NCBI GenBank assembly: GCA_963814495.1
Contig: CAWFDJ010000011.1
Location: 129,809-193,808 of the forward strand
DNA: 64,000 nt
Direction of reading: 5' to 3'
From: an uncultured bacterium
Lineage (GTDB): Bacteria > Actinomycetota > Geothermincolia > Geothermincolales > Geothermincolaceae
Shown here: in pieces, positions 19,168 to 29,259 of the stretch
Position numbering within the stretch: position 1 is the first letter of the stretch
Layout of the letters: every line of letters starts with the position of its first letter
Position numbers and translations under genes: made by a program
The notes under the pieces: model-generated
Told to the model about the DNA's origin: nothing
Databases searched by the model: none
What the model saw: the letters and a program-made list of their open reading frames with translations, nothing else

Positions 19168-20070
19168 CTATTCGAACCGGGTGATCTTCAGGAACTCGTA
19201 GTAGCGCTTGTCGATGTCCTCGAAGGTGAGGTTGCGCAGCCGCTCGCAGGAGAAGTCCTCCACGTTGTAGGAGGCCATGACGCTGCCGTAGACGATGGAG
19301 CGGCGCAGGTCCTCCTCGCTGAAGTCCTCGAAGCGCGAGAGCGAGCCCAGGAAGCCGCCGCCGAAGGTGTCGCCCGCGCCGGTGGGGTCGTAGACGAACT
19401 CCAGGGGGTAGGCGGTGAGGGCGAAGAGGCTGTCCTCGCTGAGCATGAGCACCCCGTGCTCGCCCTTCTTGATGATGACCCGCTTCGGCCCCAGCTTGAG
19501 GATCTTGCGGGCGGCCAGGATGAGGTTGGGCTCCTGCACCAGCTCCCGCGCCTCCGAGTCGTTGAGGAGCATGATGTCCACCAGCTTGATGGTCTCCATC
19601 AACTCGTCGCGGCGGTTCTCGATCCAGTAGTTCATGGTGTCGCAGAGGACCAGCTTGGGCCGGCGCACCTGCTCCAGCACCCGCCGCTGCAGCACCGGGT
19701 CGATGTTGGCCAGGAAGACGTAGTCGCTGTCCCGGTAAGCCTCGGGCACTTCCGGCGAGAAGGACTCGAACACGTTGAGCTGGGTGTCCATGGTGTGCGC
19801 CTCGTTCAGGTCGTAGTCGTAGAAGCCCTTCCAGCGGAAGGTCTTGCCGGGGACGCTCTTCAGGCCCTCCAGGTCGATGTGGCGCTTGCGGAGGAACTCG
19901 ATGTGCTCGGGGGGGAAGTCCTCCCCCGTCACCGCGACCACCCGCACCTCCGAGAAGAAGGAGGCGGCCAGGCTGAAGAAGACGGCCGACCCGCCCAGCA
20001 CCTCTTCCCTCTCGCCGAACGGGGTCTTCACGCTGTCCAGGGCCACCGAGCCCACCACCAGTATGCTCAT
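19168..20070 (-). CDS. PfkB-family sugar/nucleoside kinase
   Basis: AAGGAGG 6 nt before ATG 20070. MSILVVGSVALDSVKTPFGE...LGGSAVFFS...VIIKKGEHG...VYDPTGAGDTFGGGFLG (PfkB signature 2). Intact 300 aa. Confidence 0.82.
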   Translation of the reverse strand: MSILVVGSVALDSVKTPFGEREEVLGGSAVFFSLAASFFSEVRVVAVTGEDFPPEHIEFLRKRHIDLEGLKSVPGKTFRWKGFYDYDLNEAHTMDTQLNVFESFSPEVPEAYRDSDYVFLANIDPVLQRRVLEQVRRPKLVLCDTMNYWIENRRDELMETIKLVDIMLLNDSEARELVQEPNLILAARKILKLGPKRVIIKKGEHGVLMLSEDSLFALTAYPLEFVYDPTGAGDTFGGGFLGSLSRFEDFSEEDLRRSIVYGSVMASYNVEDFSCERLRNLTFEDIDKRYYEFLKITRFE

Positions 20071-20130
20071 GCTTACCTCCTTGTTTCCCGTTAGATTGTA
20101 GCACAGGGGCATGCCGAGCGGCGTGCCGGT

Positions 20131-21184
20131 TCAGGTGGTGCGCTTGCGTTCCTTGCGGCGCTCCCGGCGCAGGAAGAGGTAGCAGACGCCGCCGGCCAGG
20201 GTGCACATCCAGTAGCTGAAGAAGCGGAAGCCGAGGACCGCGGCGACCAGCGCCGCCTTGGGGTAGCCGTAGGCGTAGAAGACCGCCCCCATGGTCACCT
20301 CGAAGGTGCCCAGCCCGGCCGGGGTGAGCGGCAGGCTCCCCACCAGGTCGGCCAGGGCGTAGGCGATGATGACGATGCCCGCGTTGACCGGGGTGCCGAC
20401 GGCGATGAACATGATGAACAGGCAGGCCATGTCCATGCACCAGAAGCCCAGGGCGTAGAAGCCGTTGCGCACCAGGCTGTCGCGGTGGGTGATCAGGGCG
20501 TAGAAGAAGCGGCGTATCTCCATGATGCTGGCCACCAGGTCGTCCTCCTCCCGCTCCTTCCACGCGCCCAGCCGGCGCAGGCCGCGCACCAGGCGGCGCG
20601 CCAGCCGCTCCAGCAACGCTTCGTTGCGGACCAGCAGGAGGCAGGCCACCAGGAATAGCCAGCAGCCCGGCGGCCACCAGCAGCGCTGTCAGCCGGTACC
20701 CGTGGCTCAGTCCGGGGTAGAGCAGCGATACCAGCAGGCCGGTGATGATCAGGCAGAGCATGGCCCCGGAGTAGAAGAGGTTGGCGGCCGTGAGCACCTT
20801 GACGGTCTGGGTGCGTGAGAGGCCCTCCCGGCGCATCTCCACGTAGTTGAGGTAGAAGGTGCCCGCGTTGCCGCCCGGGACGATGTGCCCGAAGGCGTAG
20901 GCGGACATGAAGATGAGGGAGGTGCGCCCGAAGGTGAGGTGGCCGCCCCCCTCCCGCTGCAGCTCGAAGTAGAGGAAGCAGATGGAGAGCATGGAGAGGG
21001 TCTCCACCGCCAGGGCGAAGGGGAGCACGAAGAAGTTGGCGTGGCGTATCACGTCGAGCATCTCCGGCACGCCGACCAGCCGGGGCACCAGCAGGTACAG
21101 GCCGATGGCCAGCAGCAGGATGATGAAGAGGTTCTGCGCGACCTCTCCCCGCCGGTACCTGCTCCGCCCCTCCATCTCCTCCAT
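20131..21184 (-). CDS. flippase-like (UPF0104 / MprF-C-like) integral membrane protein, one frame break near 20655
   Basis: N-terminal part NLFIILLLAIGLYLLVPRLVGVPEMLDVIRHANFFVLPFALAVETLSMLS...HIVPGGNAGTFYLNY. C-terminal part ...YALGFWCMDMACLFIMFIAVGTPVNAGIVIIAYALADLVGSLPLTPAGLGTFEVTM. Confidence 0.65.
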
Positions 21185-21221
21185 ATGACCATTAAACCAC
21201 AGGGGGCCATGAGCCGGGTTG

Positions 21222-21250
21222 TTGAAAAATACCAGGCGAATCTGTATTAA
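21222..21250 (+). promoter_or_regulatory. sigma70-type promoter candidate (TTGAAA-17-TATTAA)
   Basis: TTGAAA 21222-21227, 17-nt spacer, TATTAA 21245-21250, 36 nt upstream of ATG 21286. Confidence 0.5.
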
Positions 21251-21285
21251 TAAGACTCTGAAAACCTACCGGAAGGTGAGAGAAC

Positions 21286-21606
21286 ATGCCGACATACGAG
21301 TACAAATGCACCGAATGCGGGCACTGCTTCGATGTGATACACGGGGTCAACGACAACGTCGAGGCCTGCGAGTCGTGCGGCTCACCGGTGCGCCGCGTCT
21401 TCCATCCGGTGGGAGTGATCTTCAAGGGGTCCGGCTTCTACTCCACCGACAACCGCTCCAAGAGCGGCAACGGGGCAAAGCCCGCGGGTGCTCCCGATAC
21501 CGCGGCAGCCGACAAGAAGACGGATGAATCCAAGCCCGCGGAGCCCCCGAAGCCGGCGGAGAAGGCGGAGAAGGCGGAGAAGGCCAAAGAGCCCGAGAAG
21601 GAGTGA
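21286..21606 (+). CDS. FmdB-family zinc-ribbon protein with Lys/Glu/Pro-rich tail
   Basis: MPTYEYKCTECGHCFDVIH...CESCGSPVRRVF...IFKGSGFYSTD is the FmdB/CxxC_CxxC_SSSS pattern. Intact 106 aa. Confidence 0.88.
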   Translation: MPTYEYKCTECGHCFDVIHGVNDNVEACESCGSPVRRVFHPVGVIFKGSGFYSTDNRSKSGNGAKPAGAPDTAAADKKTDESKPAEPPKPAEKAEKAEKAKEPEKE

Positions 21607-21713
21607 GGGGCGGGCGCTCCCCCTCCGGCCTGCCTACCGTTCAATCAAGGGCCGCGCCATGTCGCCGGCTGTCATATGATTCTCGGTAGAGGATGGAAAG
21701 CAAGGAGGAGGTC

Positions 21714-22542
21714 ATGGGTAAAGCTGAGGCGGACATAGGCATCTTCGGCGGATCGGGTTTCTATTCCCTGGTGGAGGGGATCAAGACCTACGCCGTGCAG
21801 ACCCCGTACGGGGCCCCCTCCGACCGCATCGCCATCGCCGAGATCGGGGGGCGCAAGGTCGCCTTCCTGCCGCGCCACGGCAGGTACCACCAGTGCCCGC
21901 CCCACGCCATCAACTACCGGGCCAACCTCTGGGCCATGAAGGAACTGGGGGTCACCCGCATCATCTCGCCCAGCGCCTGCGGCTCCCTGCAAGGCCGACG
22001 TGGAACCCGGGCACTTCGTCCTCTGCGACCAGTTCGTCAACCTCACCTACGACCGCAAGGACACCTTCTACGACGGCCCTCTCTCCGTCCATATCGCGAC
22101 GGAGGAGCCCTACTGCCCGGACCTGCGGGCCCTGGCGGCCGACGTGGCGGAGGATATGGGCATAACCTTCCACCGGGAGGGAACGGTGGTGGTGATCCAG
22201 GGGCCGCGCTTCTCAACCCGCGCGGAGAGCAAGTGGTTCATGCAGACGGGCTGGTCGGTCATCAACATGACCCAGTACCCCGAGGTGACCCTGGCCCGCG
22301 AATTGGGGATATGCTTTCTCAACGTATCACTGGTGACCGACTGGGACGTGGGGCTGGCGGGGATGCCGGGGGTGCGCACGGTCACCGCCGACGAGGTGAC
22401 GCGCGTCTTCAACCTCAACAACGAGAGGATCAGGGACTTCCTCTTCAAGATCATCCCGGCCATCCCGGAGGAGCGGGGATGTATCTGCAAGGATTCCCTG
22501 GAGGGCGCGATCTTCTCCCCCTCCGAGCTGGTAGAAGACTGA
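21714..22542 (+). CDS. mtnP: S-methyl-5'-thioadenosine phosphorylase, one frame break near 21992
   Basis: AAGGAGG 5 nt before ATG 21714. [12 protein letters not shown]...[48 protein letters not shown] | [15 protein letters not shown]...[14 protein letters not shown]...[19 protein letters not shown]. Confidence 0.88.
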
Positions 22543-22557
22543 TCACGGCGGTGGAGG

Positions 22558-23706
22558 TTGATACCTGAGCGAGGGCTGCGCGTAGGCAGGGTATTCGGGA
22601 TAGATATCTATATCCACTGGACCTGGCTGCTCGTCTTCTGCCTGCTGCTCTGGGCCATCATCTCCTTCTTCCGGGTGAGCGGGAGCGGGGGCTCCGCCTA
22701 CACCATCCCCATCGCCCTGGCCGTCACCCTGCTCTTCTTCTGCTCGGTGCTGCTGCACGAGATCTCCCACAGCCTGGTGGCCAACCGCAACGGGGTCCCC
22801 ATCCGGCGCATCACCCTCTTCGTCTTCGGGGGGGTGGCGCAGATGAGCAAGGACGTCACCTCGCCCCGGGTGGAGTTGAAGATGGCGGCGGCGGGGCCGC
22901 TGGCCAGTTACATCCTGGCGCTGGCCTTCGGGGGCCTGGCCTTCCTGGCCGACAGGCTGGGCATGGGCACGCTGGCCCTGGGGCTGATCTGGCTGACGGT
23001 GGTCAACATCGGCCTGGGGACCTTCAACCTGCTGCCCGGCTTCCCCCTGGACGGGGGGCGCATCTTCCGTTCCATCCTCTGGCAGTCCACCGGCGACCTG
23101 GAGCGCTCCACCCGCATCGCCGGCACCGTGGGCATGGGCATGGGCATCCTGCTGGCCGTGGGGGGCCTGTCCCTCATCGCCGTGGACATCTTCGTCGGCG
23201 AGACCGACCTGCTCATCAGCGGCTTCTGGTTCATCTTCATCGGCTTCTTCCTCTACCAGGCGGCCACCGCGGGCTACCGCCAGGCCCGGCTGCGCAGCCG
23301 CATGTCCCACCTCGAGGTGGGCGGGATGTACAGGCGGGGGGTGCCGGCGGTGGACGCGCTGACCTCCCTGGCCGAGGTCTACTACAACTACATGGCCAGC
23401 AATCCCCAGACGGTGGTGCCCGTCCTCAAGCAGGGGAAGCTGTACGGCGCGCTCTACTATTCCATGCTCTTCCGGGTGCCCCAGGAGCGCTGGGCGGACG
23501 TGCCGGCGGAGGCGGTGGCCCGCCCGGTCGGGCAGACCGAGTCGGTGGAGACCCGGGAATCCCTCTACTACGCTTACGCGCGCATGGAGAAGGACCGGCT
23601 GCCCTTCCTGTGGGTGGTCGAGGACGGCCGCCTGCTGGGCGTGCTGCTCAAGCAGGACCTGCACCGCTTCAGCCAGCGGCGGCAGACGGCCCTGTCGCCC
23701 TCCTGA
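22558..23706 (+). CDS. M50-family site-2 protease with C-terminal CBS pair
   Basis: [12 protein letters not shown] (HExxH), [13 protein letters not shown], multiple TM helices. The C-terminal ~130 aa is CBS-like ([14 protein letters not shown]...[21 protein letters not shown]). Exact start uncertain. Confidence 0.85.
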   Translation: MIPERGLRVGRVFGIDIYIHWTWLLVFCLLLWAIISFFRVSGSGGSAYTIPIALAVTLLFFCSVLLHEISHSLVANRNGVPIRRITLFVFGGVAQMSKDVTSPRVELKMAAAGPLASYILALAFGGLAFLADRLGMGTLALGLIWLTVVNIGLGTFNLLPGFPLDGGRIFRSILWQSTGDLERSTRIAGTVGMGMGILLAVGGLSLIAVDIFVGETDLLISGFWFIFIGFFLYQAATAGYRQARLRSRMSHLEVGGMYRRGVPAVDALTSLAEVYYNYMASNPQTVVPVLKQGKLYGALYYSMLFRVPQERWADVPAEAVARPVGQTESVETRESLYYAYARMEKDRLPFLWVVEDGRLLGVLLKQDLHRFSQRRQTALSPS

Positions 23707-23723
23707 GGGAGCGCGGCAAGGGC

Positions 23724-23752
23724 TTGATTTTTCCGGCCGGTACCCCTATAAT
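23724..23752 (+). promoter_or_regulatory. sigma70-type promoter candidate (TTGATT-17-TATAAT)
   Basis: TTGATT 23724-23729, 17-nt spacer, TATAAT 23747-23752, 46 nt upstream of ATG 23798. Confidence 0.55.
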
Positions 23753-23797
23753 CATCTTATAACATAATTAAGTTGTATAATATTCCGGGGGAGGAAG

Positions 23798-24659
23798 ATG
23801 GAACGGCATAAGCGGCAGGAACTGGTCGAGGGGCTCAAGGCGATGGCCGACGCCCCGGACCCGCCCGGTGGGGCGGGGGTGAAGGCCGTCCCCTTCGTCG
23901 CCATGCGCTCGCTGGCTCAGGAGAAGTCGGTGGCCCTGGGCGACCTGGAGAGGCTGGCCCTGGAGGAGGGGCTGGTCCCCCGCAGGTACCTGCGCAACCT
24001 CGGCACCATCGGCATGGAGGGCCAGCTGCGCCTGCTCGAGGCGCGCGCGGCCGTCTTCGGGCTGGGCGGCCTGGGGGGCACCGTGGTCGAGCTGCTGGCC
24101 CGGCTGGGCATCGGGGGGCTGGTCCTGGTGGACTGCGACAGGTTCTCCGACGACAACCTCAACCGGCAGGTGCTCTCCACCCCGGCCAACCTGGGGGCGT
24201 GGAAGGCGGAAGTCGGCGGTGGAGCGCGTGGCGGCCGTCAACCCGGCGGTGGCCGCCGCGGCGCACTGCCTGCGCGCGGGGCGGCCGGAGATGGAAGAGC
24301 TCCTGGAGGGCTGCTCGGCGGCGGTCGACGCCCTGGACAACATCCCCTCCCGCTTCGAGTTGCAGGCCGCCTGCGCGGCGCGCGGCGTGCCGCTGGTGCA
24401 CGGGGCCATCGCCGGCTTCTCCGGCCAGGTGATGACGGTCTACCCGGGCGACGCGGGGGTGGGCCTCCTCTACCGGGAGGGCGAGGAGCACGGGGTCGAG
24501 ATGACCACCGGCAACCCCGCCACCACCCCGGCCATCGTGGCGGCCCTCCAGGTCAAGGAAGTGGTGAAGATGATCACCGGCGTCGGGGAGCCTCTCCGCC
24601 ACCGCCTGCTCTTCATCGACACCGAGAGCAACCTGTTCGAGATCACCGAGATGTCCTAG
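23798..24659 (+). CDS. ThiF/MoeB/HesA-family E1-like adenylyltransferase, one frame break near 24210
   Basis: RYLRNLGTIGMEGQLRLLEARAAVFGLGGLGGTVVELLARLGIGGLVLVDCDRFSDDNLNRQV...GAWKAEV | VERVAAVNPAV...DALDNIPSRFELQAACAARGVPLVHGAIAGFSGQV. Confidence 0.82.
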
Positions 24660-24712
24660 CCGGTATCCCCGCCGGCCCGGGACCGCATATCCCTCGAGAG
24701 AAAGGAGCTTCC

Positions 24713-25395
24713 ATGCTCAAGCACCTGCGTTCCTCCAAGTCCTTCCTGGCGGGGGCGGTGGTCATCGCCGCCCTGGGATGCCTGATGCTCTACGGCTACC
24801 TGAGCGGCCTGGAGGCCAGGGTGGCCAGGGACGGCTGCCTCGTCCCGCTGCCGGTGGCCCGGGTGCCCATCGCCGCGGGCAGCGTCATCTCAGAGGACAT
24901 GCTGCAGGCGGTGGACTTCCCCGACATCTACGTCCTGCCGACCATGCTCACGGACCCGGCCGGGGCCGCCGGGACGGTGGCCCTTACGGACATCCAGGCC
25001 GGCGACCCCCTCCTCTCCGGGTCCGTCTCCGCCGGCGGCCGGGGCGGGCGGGCCTCGCTGATGCTGGAGCCGGGGCGCCGCGCCTACCCGCTGGGCCTCT
25101 GCGGAGAACCAGGTGCCCCTGGAGGAGCTGAGCGCCGGGGACCGGGTGGACCTGGTCTACGTCCCGCCGGAGGGCCGGGCCTCGGTCATCCTCCACGCCG
25201 TGCCCGTCCTCTGCCTGCCCGACGCCGGCCAGGCGCAGCCGCAGTCAGGAGAGGCTGGCCGGCGTCATCCCCTCCTTCGAGACCGGCTCGCCCGGCCACA
25301 TCCTGCTGAGCCTCACCCCGGACGAGGCGGAGACGCTGGCCGAAGCGGAGGAGCGGGGCCGGGTGCTGCTGGCGGTCTGCCCCGCCGTCCGGTGA
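24713..25395 (+). CDS. CpaB/SAF-domain-like protein (two frame breaks)
   Basis: AAAGGAG before ATG 24713. N-terminal TM helix (FLAGAVVIAALGCLMLYGYL), SAF-like segment VPLPVARVPIAAGSVISEDMLQAVDFP. Later pieces in other frames: NQVPLEELSAGDRVDLVYVPPEGRASVILHAVPVL / ...ILLSLTPDEAETLAEAEERGRVLLAVCPAVR. Breaks near 25105 and 25250. Confidence 0.55.
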
Positions 25396-25465
25396 CGCCT
25401 GCCCTTTTCCTCCGCTTAGTCGTATAATATTCTGTAATCGATCACTGGACCCGCGGGGAGGGAAG

Positions 25466-26935
25466 ATGGCTCCGAAGGCGCACATCCTGCTGGCCGACGA
25501 CAACAAGCTGGTCATGAAGGTCAACAGTTCCATCCTGGAGAACGAAGGCTACCAGGTGGACGTGGCCTGGGACGGGGTGGAGGCGGCCAGCCGGGCCTAT
25601 TCCCTCCTGCCCGACCTGGTCATCCTGGACATCGAGATGCCCAAGATCAAGGGTTACCAGGTGTGCCGGCTGCTCAAGGACGACCCCCAGACCTCATGGA
25701 TGCCCATCATCATGCTCACCGGCAGGGAGCAGCAGAGCGACATGTTCTGGGGCCTGAAGACCGGCGCCGACGCCTACATCACCAAGGGCTTCAAGCCCGA
25801 GACCCTCCTCAACACGGTCAAGGAACTGCTGGAGAAGGGGAAGGAAGCGGGACAGGCCCGGGAGACGGCGCGCAAGCGCACCCGGGAGGTGACCGAGGAC
25901 TACGTCATCGACAAGGTCATGGACCTGCTGGACACCAAGCTCTACGAGACCACCGTGCTCAACGAGATCGCCGCCCTCTCCGGCACCCTGCAGGACTACT
26001 CGGAAACGGCCCGCTCCGTCTTCGAGATCATCGGCAAGCTGATCAACTACAACCTGGGCGGCCTGCTCCTCTTCGAGGAGGACGACATGTTCATCTACCC
26101 CAACCGGGAATATACGGACGCCTCCCTGGAGGAGTTCTACGGTTCCATCATGGACATCGCGGTGGGCTATGCCTGGGAGAGGAAGGGCGTCGAGGAACTG
26201 AACCCGGTCATCTTCCACGAGGAGCTCAAGTCCGGGGGGGGAGAGGCGCATAAGGTGGCCCCGGCCTACTTCCACGTGCCCCTGACCGCCCAGAAGAAGA
26301 TCATGGGCGTGCTGCTGCTGGCGGGTCCCGCCAGCCCGGCCTTCAAGCGCGACACCCCGGCCTTTCTCAACCTCATCCTCAACGAGGTCACCATGGTCCT
26401 GGACAACGCGCGCCTCTACGAGTCGGCCAAGCGCCTGGCCATCACCGACGGGCTGACCAAGATCTACAACCACCGTTTCTTCCAGGAGCTCTTCGAGAAG
26501 GAGTACACGCGCTCCGACAGGTACGGCACCGTCTTCTCGCTGATCATGCTGGACATCGACTTCTTCAAGAGGATCAACGACACCTACGGCCACCTCTACG
26601 GCGACGAGATCCTCAAGGAGATGGCCGAGCTGGTCAAGGGGTGCCTGCGCACCATGGACCTGCTGGCCCGCTACGGCGGCGAGGAGTTCGCCATCCTCCT
26701 GCCGGAGACCAACCTGCACGAGGCGGTGCAGACGGCCGAGCGCATCCGCCGGGCGGTGGAGAGCTACGACTTCATGGCCAGCCGGGGCAAGGGGTTGAAA
26801 GTCACCGTGAGCCAGGGCGTCACCTACTACCCCTCACCCGGGGTCTCCAGCCGGTCGGATATCGTGGCCAAGGCCGACTCCGCCCTGTACGAGGCCAAGG
26901 ATTCCGGGCGCAACCGGGTATTCTTCCGCGAATGA
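25466..26935 (+). CDS. response-regulator receiver - GAF-like - GGDEF diguanylate cyclase
   Basis: Intact 489 aa. Receiver ILLADDNKLVMKV...DLVILDIEMPKIKGYQV...ADAYITKGF. GGDEF domain DGLTKIYNHRFF...LIMLDIDFFKRINDTYGHLYGDEILK...ARYGGEEFAILL. Confidence 0.92.
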   Translation: MAPKAHILLADDNKLVMKVNSSILENEGYQVDVAWDGVEAASRAYSLLPDLVILDIEMPKIKGYQVCRLLKDDPQTSWMPIIMLTGREQQSDMFWGLKTGADAYITKGFKPETLLNTVKELLEKGKEAGQARETARKRTREVTEDYVIDKVMDLLDTKLYETTVLNEIAALSGTLQDYSETARSVFEIIGKLINYNLGGLLLFEEDDMFIYPNREYTDASLEEFYGSIMDIAVGYAWERKGVEELNPVIFHEELKSGGGEAHKVAPAYFHVPLTAQKKIMGVLLLAGPASPAFKRDTPAFLNLILNEVTMVLDNARLYESAKRLAITDGLTKIYNHRFFQELFEKEYTRSDRYGTVFSLIMLDIDFFKRINDTYGHLYGDEILKEMAELVKGCLRTMDLLARYGGEEFAILLPETNLHEAVQTAERIRRAVESYDFMASRGKGLKVTVSQGVTYYPSPGVSSRSDIVAKADSALYEAKDSGRNRVFFRE

Positions 26936-26942
26936 TATAATG
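26934..26942 (+). promoter_or_regulatory. extended -10 element (TGaTATAAT) 5 nt upstream of ATG 26948, possible leaderless transcript
   Basis: tgatataat at 26934-26942. There is no Shine-Dalgarno between it and ATG 26948/26951. Confidence 0.4.
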
Positions 26943-26947
26943 CTCAG

Positions 26948-27163
26948 ATGATGGAGAAGCGATTCACCCGGGACATGACCATCCTCGAAGCCCTGCAGGC
27001 CCATCCCCGCAGCCGCGAAGTCTTCATGCGCTCCGGCATGACCTGCGTCAACTGCATGGGGGCCCAGATGGAGACCATCGAGGAGGGCGCGCGCATGCAC
27101 GAGCTGGACGTCGACGGGCTCCTGGAGGAGCTGAACGGCTTGGAAGAGGAGGAGAGAGGATGA
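26948..27163 (+). CDS. DUF1858-domain protein (hybrid-cluster-protein-associated redox disulfide type)
   Basis: Intact 71 aa. MTILEALQAHPRSREVFMRSGMTCVNCMGAQMETIEEGARMHELDVDGLLEELN. Confidence 0.75.
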   Translation: MMEKRFTRDMTILEALQAHPRSREVFMRSGMTCVNCMGAQMETIEEGARMHELDVDGLLEELNGLEEEERG

Positions 27164-27579
27164 TCCGCCGCGGCAAGGAAGAGGCGGCCCCGCCGCCCGC
27201 CGAATCGAAGAGCCGGGAGTCGAGGGAGGACGGGGAGGTACGCACGCCCCTGGGCGGCATCCGCATCTCAGACGAGGTGCTGGCCGAGCTGGCCGGCATC
27301 TCCTGCACCCAGTGCTACGGCGTGGTGGGCATGGCCAGCCAGAGCCTCCAGGAGGGCATGGCCCAGCTGCTGGGCCGGGATACCCTCAAGCGCGGGGTCA
27401 AGTTGAAGAGGAAAGGGAACCAGGTCTCCTTCAACCTGTTCATCATCGTGGAGGCCGGGATAAACATTACCGAAGTCGCCAGGAACCTCATCGACCAGGT
27501 CAAGTACACGGTCGGCAGCGCCACCGGGCTGGAGGTCGAGGACGTCCAGGTGCACATCCAGGGCGTGCGCGCGCATTGA
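27160..27579 (+). CDS. Asp23/Gls24-family envelope stress protein
   Basis: ATGA overlap with the previous stop. GGIRISDEVLAELAGISCTQCYGVVGM...NLFIIVEAGINITEVARNLIDQVKYTV...VEDVQVHIQGV. Confidence 0.85.
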   Translation: MIRRGKEEAAPPPAESKSRESREDGEVRTPLGGIRISDEVLAELAGISCTQCYGVVGMASQSLQEGMAQLLGRDTLKRGVKLKRKGNQVSFNLFIIVEAGINITEVARNLIDQVKYTVGSATGLEVEDVQVHIQGVRAH

Positions 27580-27634
27580 GCCGCCCGCCCGGCTGTTCTT
27601 ATAACGGGACTTGAGACAAGGAGGAACGTCACCC

Positions 27635-29231
27635 TTGCCGGAACGGATCGAAGCTCGGGACCTGGAATACCTGGTAACCAGGGCGCTGGACGCGCTGGAA
27701 ATACACCGTGACGAGGTCAACGCGCTCAACGTCTTCCCGGTGCCGGACGGAGACACCGGCACCAACATGTTCCTCACCGTGCAGGCGGTGGTGGAGGAGA
27801 TCGGCAAGGCCCCGGTGACGGGGATGGCCCCGCTGTGCCGCGCCATCTCCCGCGGCTCCCTGATGGGCGCGCGCGGCAACTCCGGCGTGGTGCTGTCCCA
27901 GATCCTCAAGGGCATCTGCGAGGTCCTGGCCGAGAGCGAGTCAGCCGGGGTCTCCGAGTTGTCCGAGGCCCTGACCCGCGGCTCGGAGGTGGCCTACCGG
28001 GCGGTGATGAAACCGGTGGAGGGGACCATCCTCACGGTGGTGCGGGAAGCGGCCGAGGAGGGCCGGTCCCTGGCCCGGGAGCCGGGCAACGTCGAGGACT
28101 GGCTGGACGGGGTCATCGCCCGGGCCCGTATCTCCCTGGAGCTCACCCCGGAACTGCTTCCCGGTCCTGAAGGAGGCGGGGGTGGTGGACGCCGGGGGCC
28201 GGGGGCTGGTGGTCTTCCTGGAGGGCATCCATGCCGGGCTCACCGGCGAGGAGCTGGAGAAGTCCGCCGCTCCGGAGGCCCGCGAGGCCGGCGTGCCCGC
28301 GCCCGCCGCCGCCGAGGAAGAGGAGGGCCGCTACGAGATCCAGTTCATGCTCAAGTGCAAGGACACCAAGGTCGAGGCCTTCCGCGAGCGCCTGCGCGAG
28401 CTGGGTACCTCCGTCCTGGTGGTGGGAGGGGAGAAGGTCTACCGGGTGCACGTGCACACGGATGACGTGGGCCGCATCGTCGAGGAGGCCAGCGCCCTCG
28501 GGCGGCTCTCGCAGGTGGAGATCGACGACCTCTGGGCGCAGGTGGAGGAGGCTTCCGCCGGGCGGGCGGACGCAAACGGCAGGCGCGTCGGCCTGGTGGC
28601 GGTCGCGGTGGGGCAGGGCATCAAGAACATCCTGCGGGACATGGGCGTGGACGCCATCGTCAACGGGGGCCAGAGCATGAACCCCTCCACCGCCGAGATG
28701 CTCGCGGCCATCGAGAGCGTCCCCCAGCGGGAGGTCCTGGTCCTCCCCAACAACAAGAACATCATCCCCGCGGCCGAGCAGACCCGGGAACTCACTGCCA
28801 AGAAGGTGGGAGTGGTGCCGGCCAAGGCCATCACCGAGGGCTTCACCGCCCTGGTCTCCTTCGATCCCCGGGAGACCTGGGAGGACAACCTGGAGAACAT
28901 GAGCCGGGCCTGTTCCAACATCCGCACCGGCGCGGTGACCCGCGCGGTGCGCGATTCGCGGTCCGGGGTGGGCAAGATCAAGAAGGGCGACTACATCGGG
29001 TTGTACGGGAAGAAGATCGTCGCGGCCGGCAAGGAGCTGGAGGCCACCACCACCGACCTCATCCGGAAGATGGCCGACGGGGGGACCGACCTGATCACCT
29101 TCATCGTGGGGGAAGAGGCCGACGAGGCCAGCCGCGCGGGCATCCTCGGCTCCATCGAGGAAGCCGGCCTGGAGGTCGAGGTCATCGACGGCGGCCAGCC
29201 CGTCTACCATTACATCATCGGGGCCGAGTGA
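27635..29231 (+). CDS. DAK2-domain fusion protein (YloV-like), one frame break near 28165
   Basis: GACAAGGAGGA before TTG 27635. VFPVPDGDTGTNMFLT, GARGNSGVVLSQ, TPELLP | VLKEAGVVDAGGRGLVVFLEG. C-terminal DegV-like half ends ...EVIDGGQPVYHYIIGAE. Confidence 0.88.
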
Positions 29232-29259
29232 GGGGGGCCGAGGCGACCCGCGCAGGCGC

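Noticed and set aside
17960-21184. Very long ORFs: 1074 aa on the minus strand at 17960-21184 and 738 aa on the plus strand at 17878-20094. Similar giants at 37276-39696 (-), 12973-14766 (-), 43267-44931 tail regions, 7492-8634 (+) and 11539-12837 (+).
   Set aside because: They are Arg/Pro/Gly/Ala/His-rich low-complexity translations. They lie antisense to or out of frame with clearly recognisable genes (PHP phosphatase, PfkB kinase, glycosidase-like gene, ChlI, pilT, PP2C fusion). Stop-poor alternative frames are expected at this G+C. Only the first ~175 codons of 17960-21184 (from 21184) are real, the N-terminus of the flippase-like protein.
25423-25428. TATAAT boxes upstream of the GGDEF gene (25423-25428) and the PafB-like gene (46363-46368) as promoters.
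   Set aside because: No acceptable -35 lies at 16-18 nt (25400-25405 is tgccct; for 46363 the best TTACAA has a 15-nt spacer). They are plausible but not well enough supported to list as features.
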